A DNA stretch of 64,000 nucleotides from Candidatus Daviesbacteria bacterium (lineage in GTDB: Bacteria > Patescibacteriota > Microgenomatia > Daviesbacterales > UBA10151): positions 386,477 to 450,476 of the forward strand of contig JACOXI010000003.1 of NCBI GenBank assembly GCA_016176335.1. Direction: 5' to 3'. Shown here piece after piece: positions 1 through 10,260 of the stretch. Numbering within the stretch: the first letter of the stretch is position 1; each line of letters opens with the position of its first letter. The position numbers were made by a program, and so were the translations under genes. The notes beneath the pieces are model-generated. The model made no database searches and was not told where the DNA came from. It saw nothing but the letters and a program-made list of their open reading frames with translations.

Positions 1-2
1 AA

Positions 3-899
3 TACGATACCGTATTTAACTTTTTTGATCACTTCCCAACCGTCAGACAACTGGTTACCCCTTACTGGGGGTATGGAGGATCTGTTCCTGGTCCAGGAGA
101 TGGGATGTCTTTCTTTTTAGGCGGGGCCAATTTATTAGTTTTTGTAACTGCGGGATTACTGCTTATTTTTAAATGGAAAGTAATCAACCGGCAAAACAAA
201 TTATTGATGATTTGGGTAATTAGTGCACTTGCTACTGCCATTTTTTTGATGAATTATCGCTCAACTTTTGTTTGGAATAATCTACCACTTCTTCCATATT
301 TTCAATTTCCCTGGAGATTTTTGATACTGGTAACCTTTTTTATACCTTTGCTGGTGGTAATTTTTGAAAAATTTAAATACGAGAAAGCACTTTTATTACT
401 TATTATGGCTTTCATTATTTTTCCAACATGGACCTTTTTTAGACCTGAAGATTTTTTAGGTCGAGAGGATGGTTACTATCTTAATCGCTATATACCCATT
501 CCTTCTGCAAGCAGCGAATATTTAAAAACCCAAGAAGAATATTTGAGATTGCCTAAAGCAACTGAAATTAGACCGGATAAAAATTTCCCATTACTTTTTC
601 CCGAGAACGGAATAAGAAGAGTGGATAAAATCAATGATTTAAAAGTAGCTTTTGAATTTGTTTCGGATAAAGGGGAGTTAATTAATTTAAACAAGTATTA
701 TTTCCCTGGTTGGCAAGCAAGAATTGATGGAAAATCAGTAGAAATTTTTGCAGGTAAGCCTTTTGGGCAAGTGAGTATATTCGTGCCTGCGGGATCTCAC
801 AAAGCAGAAGTTTATTTCCAAGAAACAAGTTTTAGAAAATTCTTAAACTTTGCTTCCTTGGGTGCATTTTTAGTATCATTGATGATGTTGTTAATATGA
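3..899 (+). CDS. 5'-truncated GT-C-type membrane protein (PTPS-related/YfhO-like)
   Basis: Frame is open from base 3 (YDTVFNFFDHFPTVRQLVTPYWGYGGSVPGPGDGMSF), so the ATG at 105 is internal. Has the QFPWRFL motif, several TM helices and a C-terminal YYFPGW YfhO-like domain. Confidence 0.75.
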   Translation, partial: YDTVFNFFDHFPTVRQLVTPYWGYGGSVPGPGDGMSFFLGGANLLVFVTAGLLLIFKWKVINRQNKLLMIWVISALATAIFLMNYRSTFVWNNLPLLPYFQFPWRFLILVTFFIPLLVVIFEKFKYEKALLLLIMAFIIFPTWTFFRPEDFLGREDGYYLNRYIPIPSASSEYLKTQEEYLRLPKATEIRPDKNFPLLFPENGIRRVDKINDLKVAFEFVSDKGELINLNKYYFPGWQARIDGKSVEIFAGKPFGQVSIFVPAGSHKAEVYFQETSFRKFLNFASLGAFLVSLMMLLI

Positions 900-2155
900 G
901 TCTTTTAAAAAAACCGTTAGTTTTTATATTGATTGCAGGTATCTTCATCAGATTGTTTTTGTCGGCTACAACATTCCACAGCGATATTCAGCATTTTGAT
1001 CTGGCAGGGTATGTATTGGGCAAAGGAAATTTATCAAATTTTTATGACTACACTTTAAGTTTAAATAAGGACGACCAGTTTCTTAAAAAATATCCTGTTG
1101 CTGTATTCAATTACCCACCTACTACCTATTTTTATTTAGGGGGCCTAAATTGGATACTAACCAGTTGGACAGATCATGATTTCCATAACAACTTTTTATT
1201 TGATTTCACAAATACTTTAGGAGATTTAAGGTTATACCTACATTTAATCTTACTTAAAGTACCTTACCTACCTTTTGATATTTTTATAGCATATCTTTTG
1301 TACAATTTGTATGCTCTCAAAAGAGAAAAAATTTTAGCATTTACTCTTTGGATTTTTAACCCTTGGGTTTTGTATTCAACTTATATGATAGGTCAGTTTG
1401 ACATTATCCCAACAGCTTTTGTAGTACTTGCTTTGTATATGGTTGTCAAAATTGCCAATCTTAACAAAGCAGTCTTTCTGGCTGCGATATTGTTGGGGGT
1501 TGGTGCGTCTTTTAAAATATATCCACTTCTTTTCTTATTACCATTGGCTTTTCTTTTGCCGACTTGGTCAAAAAGAATACAGGCAATATTTTTAGGAGTT
1601 TCGGTATATGTGGTAACAATTCTGCCTTTTATCAATTCCTTAGGATATAGGTCTACGGCTCTAGCCGCAAACCAAATGTTTAAAAGTTTGTATGCACAAA
1701 TTCCTATTTCGGGAGGAGAAGGAATCATATTATTTGTGGTACTTACCGGATTTTTTTATCTTATTTATCTATACCGAGCAGGAAGCGCTGAAAATTTATG
1801 GCAGAGGTTTTTTGTTATTCTTCTTTTATTTTTTATATTCACACATTACCATCCTCAATGGTTCTTATGGCTTACTCCTTTTTTAATTATTGAACTTATT
1901 CATAGTAATTTTAAACACGCTTTCTTGTTACTTGTGATAGCCATTACATTCCTTGGGTCTGTATCTTTGTTTGAGCAGTCGCTATCAATAGGTTTGTTTA
2001 CACCACTTAACCCATCCCTTTATAATGGAGCTAATTTATGGCAGCTGCTTAATATAAAGTATGATCTAAATCTACTGCGAAGTTTATTCCAGAGTTTATT
2101 TGTCTCTGTTGCCGGATACCTTATTTACTACTATTTTCCCAAAAAATCCGGTTAA
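896..2155 (+). CDS. GT-C membrane glycosyltransferase, GT87/DUF2029-like
   Basis: 419 aa, multi-TM. HSD acidic motif after TM1, plus FNYPP, W.FNP, GQFDIIP and K.YP motifs. ATGA overlap with the upstream gene. Confidence 0.7.
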   Translation: MSLLKKPLVFILIAGIFIRLFLSATTFHSDIQHFDLAGYVLGKGNLSNFYDYTLSLNKDDQFLKKYPVAVFNYPPTTYFYLGGLNWILTSWTDHDFHNNFLFDFTNTLGDLRLYLHLILLKVPYLPFDIFIAYLLYNLYALKREKILAFTLWIFNPWVLYSTYMIGQFDIIPTAFVVLALYMVVKIANLNKAVFLAAILLGVGASFKIYPLLFLLPLAFLLPTWSKRIQAIFLGVSVYVVTILPFINSLGYRSTALAANQMFKSLYAQIPISGGEGIILFVVLTGFFYLIYLYRAGSAENLWQRFFVILLLFFIFTHYHPQWFLWLTPFLIIELIHSNFKHAFLLLVIAITFLGSVSLFEQSLSIGLFTPLNPSLYNGANLWQLLNIKYDLNLLRSLFQSLFVSVAGYLIYYYFPKKSG

Positions 2156-2161
2156 AAAACT

Positions 2162-3319
2162 ATGCTTAAAAACAAATTCATCTTGTTAGGTCTCATTTTG
2201 ACGATTTTATTGATTTGTTTTCTTTTTATTGTACCCTTTACAAATCAAGAGAAGTATTTAATCAGGCTTTCTGAAATAGATAGATGTTTTAAAGACGGTC
2301 AAATTCCCTGTAGATGGGTTTTGGGTTTAGAAGATTTTTACGGATCTCCCATATTTAATTACCATGCTCCGCTGCCTTATTATTTTGGGGAACTTATTTT
2401 TTTTATCACCAACAACCTGACAATTACCCTCAAAATAATATTCGCGGTTAGTCTAATAGGAAGCTATATATTCATGTATCTTTTTGCATACAAATTTCTA
2501 GGGAAATTCAGAGCCAATTCATCTGCGATTTTTTATACTGTGCTAGCTTTTTCAGCTATTATCTTATCCAATGAAGGATTAGGGTTAGCTTGGGGTCTGA
2601 TGTTTTTTCCTTTAATTCTTTTAAACTTAAACTTACTTTCACAAAAAATGAAAATTCAGAATTTTCTGTTTTCTTCTATATTTTTATCACTGCTAACACT
2701 CTCCGCAGATACAGCGCCTATTTTTCTTGGCTTAATTTTCCTGTGGGTAGGCTATCAATATATTCGGAAAAAAAGTTTCACTTTTCTTTTCTTGAGTCTA
2801 TCATCAATAATATTTGCATTTTTACTGTCCTCTTTTTATATTTTTCCCTCTGTTTTGGAAAGGAATTTAGTGCATAGCGTATCTATGAATGATCCGCTGC
2901 GTTTTTTGCCAAAATCAGTAGCAGAAAAACCGCAGATTGTGATAGATGCCAAGTACCAAATATTAACAGGGGATTCGGATGTTTCCAATTTTAAACAAGG
3001 TACTAATTGGTTGAGATTTGAAACAAATACAAGAACGCATACCATTATTCGTTTATCCCAAGTTTATTTTCCACATTGGAAAATATTTATTGACGGAAAA
3101 GAAGCACAAGTTGAATATAAAAACAACAGCTTAGGATTGATGACTATTATTTTAGGAGAAGGTAGCCACATTGTAGAAGGGAGATTGTTAGATACTCCGA
3201 TACGTGCAGTCTCCAATATTGTAACAGTAGTCTCGGTCATTGTTACTTTACTTTTATGGATAATTCAGTTTAAGAAGGTCCGTAACTCACTAAACTATTA
3301 TAAAAAAAGAGTAAACTAA
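2162..3319 (+). CDS. PTPS-related/YfhO-like membrane protein, shortened paralog
   Basis: DGQIPCRWV, G.PIFNY..PLPYY and YFPHW motifs. Only 385 aa. Confidence 0.65.
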   Translation: MLKNKFILLGLILTILLICFLFIVPFTNQEKYLIRLSEIDRCFKDGQIPCRWVLGLEDFYGSPIFNYHAPLPYYFGELIFFITNNLTITLKIIFAVSLIGSYIFMYLFAYKFLGKFRANSSAIFYTVLAFSAIILSNEGLGLAWGLMFFPLILLNLNLLSQKMKIQNFLFSSIFLSLLTLSADTAPIFLGLIFLWVGYQYIRKKSFTFLFLSLSSIIFAFLLSSFYIFPSVLERNLVHSVSMNDPLRFLPKSVAEKPQIVIDAKYQILTGDSDVSNFKQGTNWLRFETNTRTHTIIRLSQVYFPHWKIFIDGKEAQVEYKNNSLGLMTIILGEGSHIVEGRLLDTPIRAVSNIVTVVSVIVTLLLWIIQFKKVRNSLNYYKKRVN

Positions 3320-3329
3320 ATATAAAAAA

Positions 3330-4811
3330 ATGGCTGAAAGCGTTGAGCAGTTAGATCCAACTCAAGAGTTAACTACAGATGTTGTAAAAAAAAGGGCAGT
3401 TAGGGGAGCTGCCATTTTAACAGGCAGAAATATTTTGATTCAGGCTATTTCTTTTTTCTCCACAGCTCTTTTAACGGTATTTTTACTGCCTTCGGAGTTT
3501 GGAGTATTTTTTCTCGTCTCGGCAGTTATTAATTTTATGGCATATTTTGGAGATATTGGTTTTGCAGCTGCTTTAATTCAAAAAAAAGATCAGCTGACAG
3601 AAGAAGATCTCAAAACCGTATTTACCGCCCAGCAGGTATTAGTGGTAGTAATTTTAATCGCAGTCTTCATTATGACCCCTTTACTTCAAAATATTTATAA
3701 CTTGGATTATAAAGCTATATTGTTACTTTGGGCTTTAGGTTTTTCTCTCCTGATGTCTTCACTTAAAACAATTCCTACAGTCTTAATGGAGCGAAGACTG
3801 GAGTTTAACAAATATGTTGTGCCACAGATTGCAGAAACAATTATTTTTAATATAACTGCGGTTTTACTTGCATGGATGGGTTTTGGAGTGACAAGCTATA
3901 CAGTTGCCGTAATTTTAAGAAGTTTTTCAGGACTGATTATTACATATTTCATACAGCCTTGGATTCCATCCTTTTCTTTTTCAAAGCAGGCTTTTAAATC
4001 AGTACTAAAATTTGGAGTCCCATATCAGGCAAACACTTTGCTTGCTATGGTGAAAGATGATGGAATGATTTTATTTTTGGGAAGTATTTTAGGGCCTTCT
4101 GGAGTAGGGCTGTTGGGTTGGGCACAAAAGTGGGCATATGCACCTTTAAGATTTTTTATGGATCAGGTGATTAAAGTCACATTTCCCGCTTTCTCCAGAC
4201 TTCAAGATCAAAAACAAGAACTATCAAATGCGGTTTCAAAATCTATCTTCTTTGTTAGTATTCTGGTTTTCCCATCCCTTGTTATGTTAAATCTCTTGGC
4301 ACCAACCTTGGTTGAAATTATTCCAAAATATACTAAATGGAACCCTGCTTTAACCGCGTTACTGTTTATTAGCGTTACTTCCGCTTTGGCGTCCATTACA
4401 ACACCGCTGACAAATACTTTAAATGCCATAGGAAAAATTTCCATAACTTTTAGATTGATGATAATGTGGACAGTGACTACTTGGATTTTTGTTCCGTTTC
4501 TTACCATAAAATACGGATTAAACGGGGCGGCTACGGGTTTCACAATCGTTGGTTTGACATCTGTTGTTGCACTTTTCGTTATTTCCAAATATGTAAGTAT
4601 TAATTACATTCAAAGTGTGGGAAAACCTGTTCTTGCAACAATTACCATGGGACTTTTGGTATTTTTTGTCCGCTCCATTATCGGAACCTCGCTTACTCAA
4701 GTTATTTTAATGGTTGCAGTAGGTCTTATTTCGTATACACTATCTTTATTTGTTTTAGAACCTAATATACTAGCTAGTTTTAAAAAACTATTCATTAAGA
4801 AAGCAGAATGA
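3330..4811 (+). CDS. wzx: Wzx/PST-family oligosaccharide flippase
   Basis: 493 aa, about 12-14 TM. LLPSEFG, DIGFAAALIQK and KVTFPAFSRLQ motifs typical of WzxC-like flippases. Confidence 0.85.
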   Translation: MAESVEQLDPTQELTTDVVKKRAVRGAAILTGRNILIQAISFFSTALLTVFLLPSEFGVFFLVSAVINFMAYFGDIGFAAALIQKKDQLTEEDLKTVFTAQQVLVVVILIAVFIMTPLLQNIYNLDYKAILLLWALGFSLLMSSLKTIPTVLMERRLEFNKYVVPQIAETIIFNITAVLLAWMGFGVTSYTVAVILRSFSGLIITYFIQPWIPSFSFSKQAFKSVLKFGVPYQANTLLAMVKDDGMILFLGSILGPSGVGLLGWAQKWAYAPLRFFMDQVIKVTFPAFSRLQDQKQELSNAVSKSIFFVSILVFPSLVMLNLLAPTLVEIIPKYTKWNPALTALLFISVTSALASITTPLTNTLNAIGKISITFRLMIMWTVTTWIFVPFLTIKYGLNGAATGFTIVGLTSVVALFVISKYVSINYIQSVGKPVLATITMGLLVFFVRSIIGTSLTQVILMVAVGLISYTLSLFVLEPNILASFKKLFIKKAE

Positions 4812-7800
4812 TTAAATTAGCAGTTACAATCTTATCTTTACTTTTTTTAGCCATAAACCCATTTGCAGTATTGGCAAACACTAACTCGTTCGTTTCAGTT
4901 GTAAATCCCATAAGAGGATCGGATTTTTGGGAAGATAAAGCACAAAATCCAAAAACAGCGGTCACGGGCCAAATGGACATTTTGGATAAATTTAATATTC
5001 CTGCAACTTGGCTGATAAGATATGACGCTTTATTCGAAACCGAGATTATAAACAAGTTGAAAGATGCGGCAGATGACGAGAAAGGGATATTTTTGGAAAT
5101 TACCCCGACTTTTACAAAAGATGCTGATGTTGGCTATCACAAGTCGGAAAACTGGCATGATGCCGGCAGTTCTTTTCTTTCCGGTTATGAAAGGGATGAA
5201 AGGATCAAACTTATTGATAAGGCATTTGCAAAGTTCAAAGACACATTCGGAATCTATCCGAAATCGGTGGGCGCCTGGTGGATTGACGCTTTTTCCCTTT
5301 CGTACATGCAGGAAAAATACGGAGTAGTTTCGGCCCTCATCGTTGCCGATCAGTATACAACCGATAATTATCAAATCTGGGGACAATTTTGGTCAACTCC
5401 TTATTACCCGTCCAAAAATAATATTTTGCATCCTGCTCAAACTGCCGCAAACAGATTGCCTGTTGTGATGACCCAATGGGCTGCTCGAGATCCGGTCAAC
5501 GCTTATGGAAGGGGAGTAGAAGAGAGTACTTTCAGCATTCAGGCGAATGATTATACTGACTACCACAATTTGAACACAAGCTACTTCTCATCGATGGTGG
5601 ATATTTATACCAAGCAGCAGTTTAACCAATTTGGGCATTTAACAGTGGGATTGGAAAATTCATATCCTTGGAAAAAGTATGCGAATGAATATAAAAACCA
5701 GATGAAAGTTTTGAGAGAAAAAAGTAACCAAGGACAGTTCTCCTTAGTGACAATGGAAAGCTTTGCCAATAGGTATAAAAATACATTTCCCGATCTTTCT
5801 CCCACTCAAATAATTGTTGCCGATGATTCCTTGGGTGGTTTCAAAAAAGCGGTTTGGTTTATGAATCCGTATTATCGGGTCGGCTGGTTTTACAACCAGG
5901 AAGGAAGTGTAATACGCGATATCCGCCAATACATTGACGGCGAAGAAGAACTTTGTTTTGTCCGAAGATGCGATGAAGTTAATTTTGGAACTTTTGCCAC
6001 CAGAGTTTTGGATGAGGTGACTTACGGGAATAATTGGATAATAGATGGCGGGAAAATTTCTGATTTTAATGTTTTGAAAAAAGGCGATAATTTTGTCATA
6101 ACATACTTAAATGAAGTAGGAAACTTACGAACTATAAAGTTTTTGCCTCGGGATATTAGTGTTGATGAAAAAATTTCATCAATTGATGGTGCAATTTTGG
6201 ATGCAATCAAACAGGATACGGTAGAACAAAAAAAGCAGAGTGAATTTAAGGAAGGCGGCTTTTATTGGGGTCCTATTAGCGTATTATCAAAGATAATTAA
6301 ATTCTCATTTTTCCTACTGATAGTATATTTGGTGCCAGGATTGGTTTTGACGGATAAATTATTTAACAAAGATAGTCCTTCGGTTTATTTAAAACGGGTA
6401 TTTCTAGCGCTGATCACAGGTTTTGTTTTACTGACTGGTGCATTCTATATTTTTAGCCTGTTAAATCTAAGATTCCTGATTTTCGTTTATATCTTATTAT
6501 TCTCATTTGTGTTTTTAAAGCTAAAACTTTTTTACCTACTTAAGATTAGGATACCTAAACCTGCTGACAAACTTACTTTGGCAACTGTTGTGCTGGTTAT
6601 TGCAGGAGTAATTTTCCAAAATATACCCAGCTTTAAAAATGGTTTGGTTTTTCCGTTCGGAATGGGATTTTGGGGTCCGAATACACATGATGGAATCTGG
6701 CACATAAGTTTGATAAACCAACTGATTAAGGGGTTGCCTGCCGGGAATCCTATCTTTGCAGATACAATACTTAAAAATTACCATTTTTTCTATGATTTAT
6801 TAATCGCAGCTACAGCATACCTTACTAAGATACCTATTTTAGATTTGGTTTTCAGATTCTATCCAATCTTGTTCTCATTATCTTTGGGAGTAGGTACTTA
6901 TTTTTTAGCAACTACTCTTTCGAAAAGCAGAATTGCAGTAATTCTTAGCCTTTACTTTGTTTATTTTGCAGGAAGTTTTGGCTGGATTGTGGAATATATA
7001 AAACAAAAAAGTTTTGGCGGAGAATCTGCATTTTGGGCTAATCAATCAATCTCGTTTAACTTAAATCCGCCTTTTGCGGTATCTTTGCTAATTATCATTG
7101 CTTTGCTTCTCCTTCTACATGGCAAGGAATCAAAAAGTTTAAAGGGAATCTTGGTAGCATCACTTCTGGCAGGTAGTTTAGTTGGATTTAAAGCGTATGG
7201 GGCAGTTTTAATTTTGGGTGCGTTACTCTCTATAGCAATTGTAAATATACTGAAGAAGGATTTATCATATCTTTTAATTTTTTTCTTTTCATCAATTCTC
7301 ACATCCTTAATATTTTTCTTAAATTTCCAACCCAGCCAGCAACTGATAATTTTTTCTCCATTTTGGTTTATTCATTCCATGATTGATTCGCCCGATAGGA
7401 TTGGGTGGGTCAGGTTATCTATTGCGAGAACTGTGGGTTTTGAAACAAGAAACTGGTTTAAGTTGATATCCGCGGAAGTCATAAGCCTGACCTTATTCAT
7501 TGTGGGAAATTTAGGAATGAGGATTTTAAGCATTGGATCTTTAATAAAAATCAAAAGTATAATTAAAGATCATAATCTTTTGTTTATTTTAGTATTTTCG
7601 ATATTATCAATATTTATTCCCATACTTTTTATACAATCCGGAAATCCCTGGAATACGATTCAATTTTTTTACTACGGTCTTTACGTAACCGCAGTAGTAA
7701 GCGGCATTGTTTTATCTTCTTTGATTTTTAATTTGCCTAGGGCACTATCTTTTTTAATAATAGTTTTCGTATTAATATTGACGCCGATTAACTCAATTAC

Positions 7801-8233
7801 CACCGCAAGCTATTACACTAATTACTTACCACATGGCAGAATTGATGGGAAAGAATTAGAGGCCTTAACATATTTATCTTTGCAAAAAGATGGTACGGTA
7901 CTCACATACCCCTACGACAAAAAACTAAAGGTTAAAATATCAGAACCCTGGCCTCTATTTGCCTATGATAGCACGGCATATGTATCCGCCTTATCAAACA
8001 AGGCCACTTTTCTGGAAGATGAGCCGCAAAATCAAATTCTTTTGACAGATTATAAAAAAAGATTAGTTGCTTCAAAAGATTTCTTTTTGAAACCGCAAGC
8101 AAACTTCATGAAAGAGAATAATATCCAATATATTTATTTACCTAAAAAATTTAATATGAGAATGAGTGAAAATCTATTATCTGTTGAAAATATTTTTGAA
8201 AATGAAGAAGTAATTATCTACAAAGTAAAATAA
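4808..8233 (+). CDS. Fusion of a secreted glycoside hydrolase/deacetylase-like domain with a GT-C membrane domain
   Basis: 1141 aa. Signal peptide, then about 470 aa soluble (PATWL..YDAL, F...FG.YPKSVGAWWID), then a multi-TM half with HDGIWH and NYHFFYD that parallels the next ORF. Confidence 0.65.
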   Translation: MIKLAVTILSLLFLAINPFAVLANTNSFVSVVNPIRGSDFWEDKAQNPKTAVTGQMDILDKFNIPATWLIRYDALFETEIINKLKDAADDEKGIFLEITPTFTKDADVGYHKSENWHDAGSSFLSGYERDERIKLIDKAFAKFKDTFGIYPKSVGAWWIDAFSLSYMQEKYGVVSALIVADQYTTDNYQIWGQFWSTPYYPSKNNILHPAQTAANRLPVVMTQWAARDPVNAYGRGVEESTFSIQANDYTDYHNLNTSYFSSMVDIYTKQQFNQFGHLTVGLENSYPWKKYANEYKNQMKVLREKSNQGQFSLVTMESFANRYKNTFPDLSPTQIIVADDSLGGFKKAVWFMNPYYRVGWFYNQEGSVIRDIRQYIDGEEELCFVRRCDEVNFGTFATRVLDEVTYGNNWIIDGGKISDFNVLKKGDNFVITYLNEVGNLRTIKFLPRDISVDEKISSIDGAILDAIKQDTVEQKKQSEFKEGGFYWGPISVLSKIIKFSFFLLIVYLVPGLVLTDKLFNKDSPSVYLKRVFLALITGFVLLTGAFYIFSLLNLRFLIFVYILLFSFVFLKLKLFYLLKIRIPKPADKLTLATVVLVIAGVIFQNIPSFKNGLVFPFGMGFWGPNTHDGIWHISLINQLIKGLPAGNPIFADTILKNYHFFYDLLIAATAYLTKIPILDLVFRFYPILFSLSLGVGTYFLATTLSKSRIAVILSLYFVYFAGSFGWIVEYIKQKSFGGESAFWANQSISFNLNPPFAVSLLIIIALLLLLHGKESKSLKGILVASLLAGSLVGFKAYGAVLILGALLSIAIVNILKKDLSYLLIFFFSSILTSLIFFLNFQPSQQLIIFSPFWFIHSMIDSPDRIGWVRLSIARTVGFETRNWFKLISAEVISLTLFIVGNLGMRILSIGSLIKIKSIIKDHNLLFILVFSILSIFIPILFIQSGNPWNTIQFFYYGLYVTAVVSGIVLSSLIFNLPRALSFLIIVFVLILTPINSITTASYYTNYLPHGRIDGKELEALTYLSLQKDGTVLTYPYDKKLKVKISEPWPLFAYDSTAYVSALSNKATFLEDEPQNQILLTDYKKRLVASKDFFLKPQANFMKENNIQYIYLPKKFNMRMSENLLSVENIFENEEVIIYKVK

Positions 8234-8240
8234 TACTAAT

Positions 8241-10259
8241 ATGTATCAACTATTTCAAACAACAGTATTTTTTCTATTATTTATTGTTCTTTCAATTGTA
8301 GTTTTCTATATACCGGGATTCGCAGTAGTAGCCAGAATTAGAAAACAATTAGAAGATCAAGAGATTATTACATTATCTTTGGCATTGGGAATTGTTATTT
8401 TCGTTTTATCTGCCATTATTTTAGCTTTGCTAAATACTAGATACCTTTTATTACCTTTAATAATATTTCTAAATTTGTTTATTATTTCAAAAAATAAATT
8501 AGCTGCATTTTCCCCATGGAAAATATTTATTAAAAATAAAATACTTCTAATATTGATAGTATTGGGAATTCTAACTCAAGGATTTATTAATTTTCCCAGC
8601 GGTTATTTATATAAAGATGGTCTTCAATTTTGGAGTTCACAAGGTCATGATGGTCTCTGGCATGTAGCCTCAATGGAAGTAATTAAAAAGTCTATTCCTC
8701 CCCAAAACCCTGTTTTTTCAGGCGAACCACTTTATAACTATCATTATTTAGTTGATGGTTTAATGGGGGAATTTGCAAGAATTTTTCCTTTTTTCTCAAC
8801 ATTGGATTTATATTTTAGATTTTTCCCGGTAATTTTTTCACTCCTTATAGGGATAAGCGTTTTTGCATTTGTCAGAAGATGGCAAGAAAATCTTAAAATT
8901 GGGTATCTTGCTTTATTCTTTACTTATTTTGTTGGAAGTTTTGGCTATGTGGTAACTTTTATAAGAAGTGGAAATATTTTTGGAGGCGAGACTATTTTTT
9001 GGGCAGCACAACAGAATACTCTTTTGGGTAATCCCCCTCATGCGATTTCTCATGGTTTGCTGGCAGCCTTTTTCTTAAGCTTTTTATTTTATCTAAAGGA
9101 AAGAAAAACGATTTGGGTTGTAGTATCTTTTTTAATTGGTTCAACTTTAGCTGGTTTTAAAGTTTCAGGAGGATTTGTGATGTTAATGGGACTTGGAGCT
9201 GCTGCTTTAATTGATTTTATAAACAAGCGAAAATTCTTGAGTTTGCTGTTGCCTTTTCTGTTGGGAATGTCTAATTTTCTAACTTTTAAATGGATGACAT
9301 CTAATGGGAGTTCATTTTTAATGTTTTTACCTTGGTGGTTTGTTAGAACGATGATTGTAGATAAACTTGGCTGGATGGATTTAGAGTTAAGACGCCAGCA
9401 CTACCTTTCAAAGGGTACATGGAATGCATATCTTCGGGTTTTACAACTTGAGTTAATTGCACTTGCGATCTTTATTTTAGGTAATTTAGGCATGAGATTT
9501 TTAGGAATAATTGAGGTAATCAGAAAATTTATCTTAAGACAGGGGACATTTTTAAAAGATCCTATTGAAGTCATGCTTATTGTAACCATGTTAACAGGAC
9601 TTATTATGCCGATGTTATTTGTTCAAAAAGGACTCATCTATAATAATATTCAGTTCATGCAATATTTTCTTTTTATATTCGGTTTTTACGGGGCAATATC
9701 AACGTATAAAGTTCTGAACTATTTTAAGAATAAAGTAATTAAACTGATAGTCATTGGATTGATAATCGTTTTTTCCATACCCACAGTAATAGGTAACTTA
9801 GTTGAGTTGTATGGTCCAGGCAGGGCCCCCTTGGCCAAAATAACTAATTCCGATCTTGAAGCGCTTCAATACTTAAAGCAAAACTCCAAGAAAGATGCGG
9901 TCATATTAACCGTGCCTTATAATCCATTTTTAAGGGATAAATTTACAAACCAACCATGGCCAATCTATGCTTGGTATGATACCCCTTATGTTTCTGCTAT
10001 TACTGGTAGGTTTTCTTATCTTGCTTCTGAACATGTCAGGCTTTTATTTTATCCATCAACAGAAGAAAGAATAAAAAATAAGATTAAGTTTTTTGAGCAA
10101 TCAGATTTTTCTTGGAATAGGCAATTTCTAAAAAATGAAAGAATAAGCTATATTTATGCGGCACAAGATGAACTGATCAAACCCCTTGATATACAAAAAA
10201 ACAATTTGGAAATATTTTTTGAAAATAATGAGATAATTATATTCAAAGTGAAATCCTAA
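8241..10259 (+). CDS. GT-C-type membrane protein, paralog of the C-terminal half of 4808..8233
   Basis: 672 aa. Shares HDGLWH, NYHYL.D, RFFP, E..FWA, GNLGMR, N.IQF and PWP..A.YD..YVSA with the upstream gene. Confidence 0.7.
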   Translation: MYQLFQTTVFFLLFIVLSIVVFYIPGFAVVARIRKQLEDQEIITLSLALGIVIFVLSAIILALLNTRYLLLPLIIFLNLFIISKNKLAAFSPWKIFIKNKILLILIVLGILTQGFINFPSGYLYKDGLQFWSSQGHDGLWHVASMEVIKKSIPPQNPVFSGEPLYNYHYLVDGLMGEFARIFPFFSTLDLYFRFFPVIFSLLIGISVFAFVRRWQENLKIGYLALFFTYFVGSFGYVVTFIRSGNIFGGETIFWAAQQNTLLGNPPHAISHGLLAAFFLSFLFYLKERKTIWVVVSFLIGSTLAGFKVSGGFVMLMGLGAAALIDFINKRKFLSLLLPFLLGMSNFLTFKWMTSNGSSFLMFLPWWFVRTMIVDKLGWMDLELRRQHYLSKGTWNAYLRVLQLELIALAIFILGNLGMRFLGIIEVIRKFILRQGTFLKDPIEVMLIVTMLTGLIMPMLFVQKGLIYNNIQFMQYFLFIFGFYGAISTYKVLNYFKNKVIKLIVIGLIIVFSIPTVIGNLVELYGPGRAPLAKITNSDLEALQYLKQNSKKDAVILTVPYNPFLRDKFTNQPWPIYAWYDTPYVSAITGRFSYLASEHVRLLFYPSTEERIKNKIKFFEQSDFSWNRQFLKNERISYIYAAQDELIKPLDIQKNNLEIFFENNEIIIFKVKS

Positions 10260-10260
10260 G

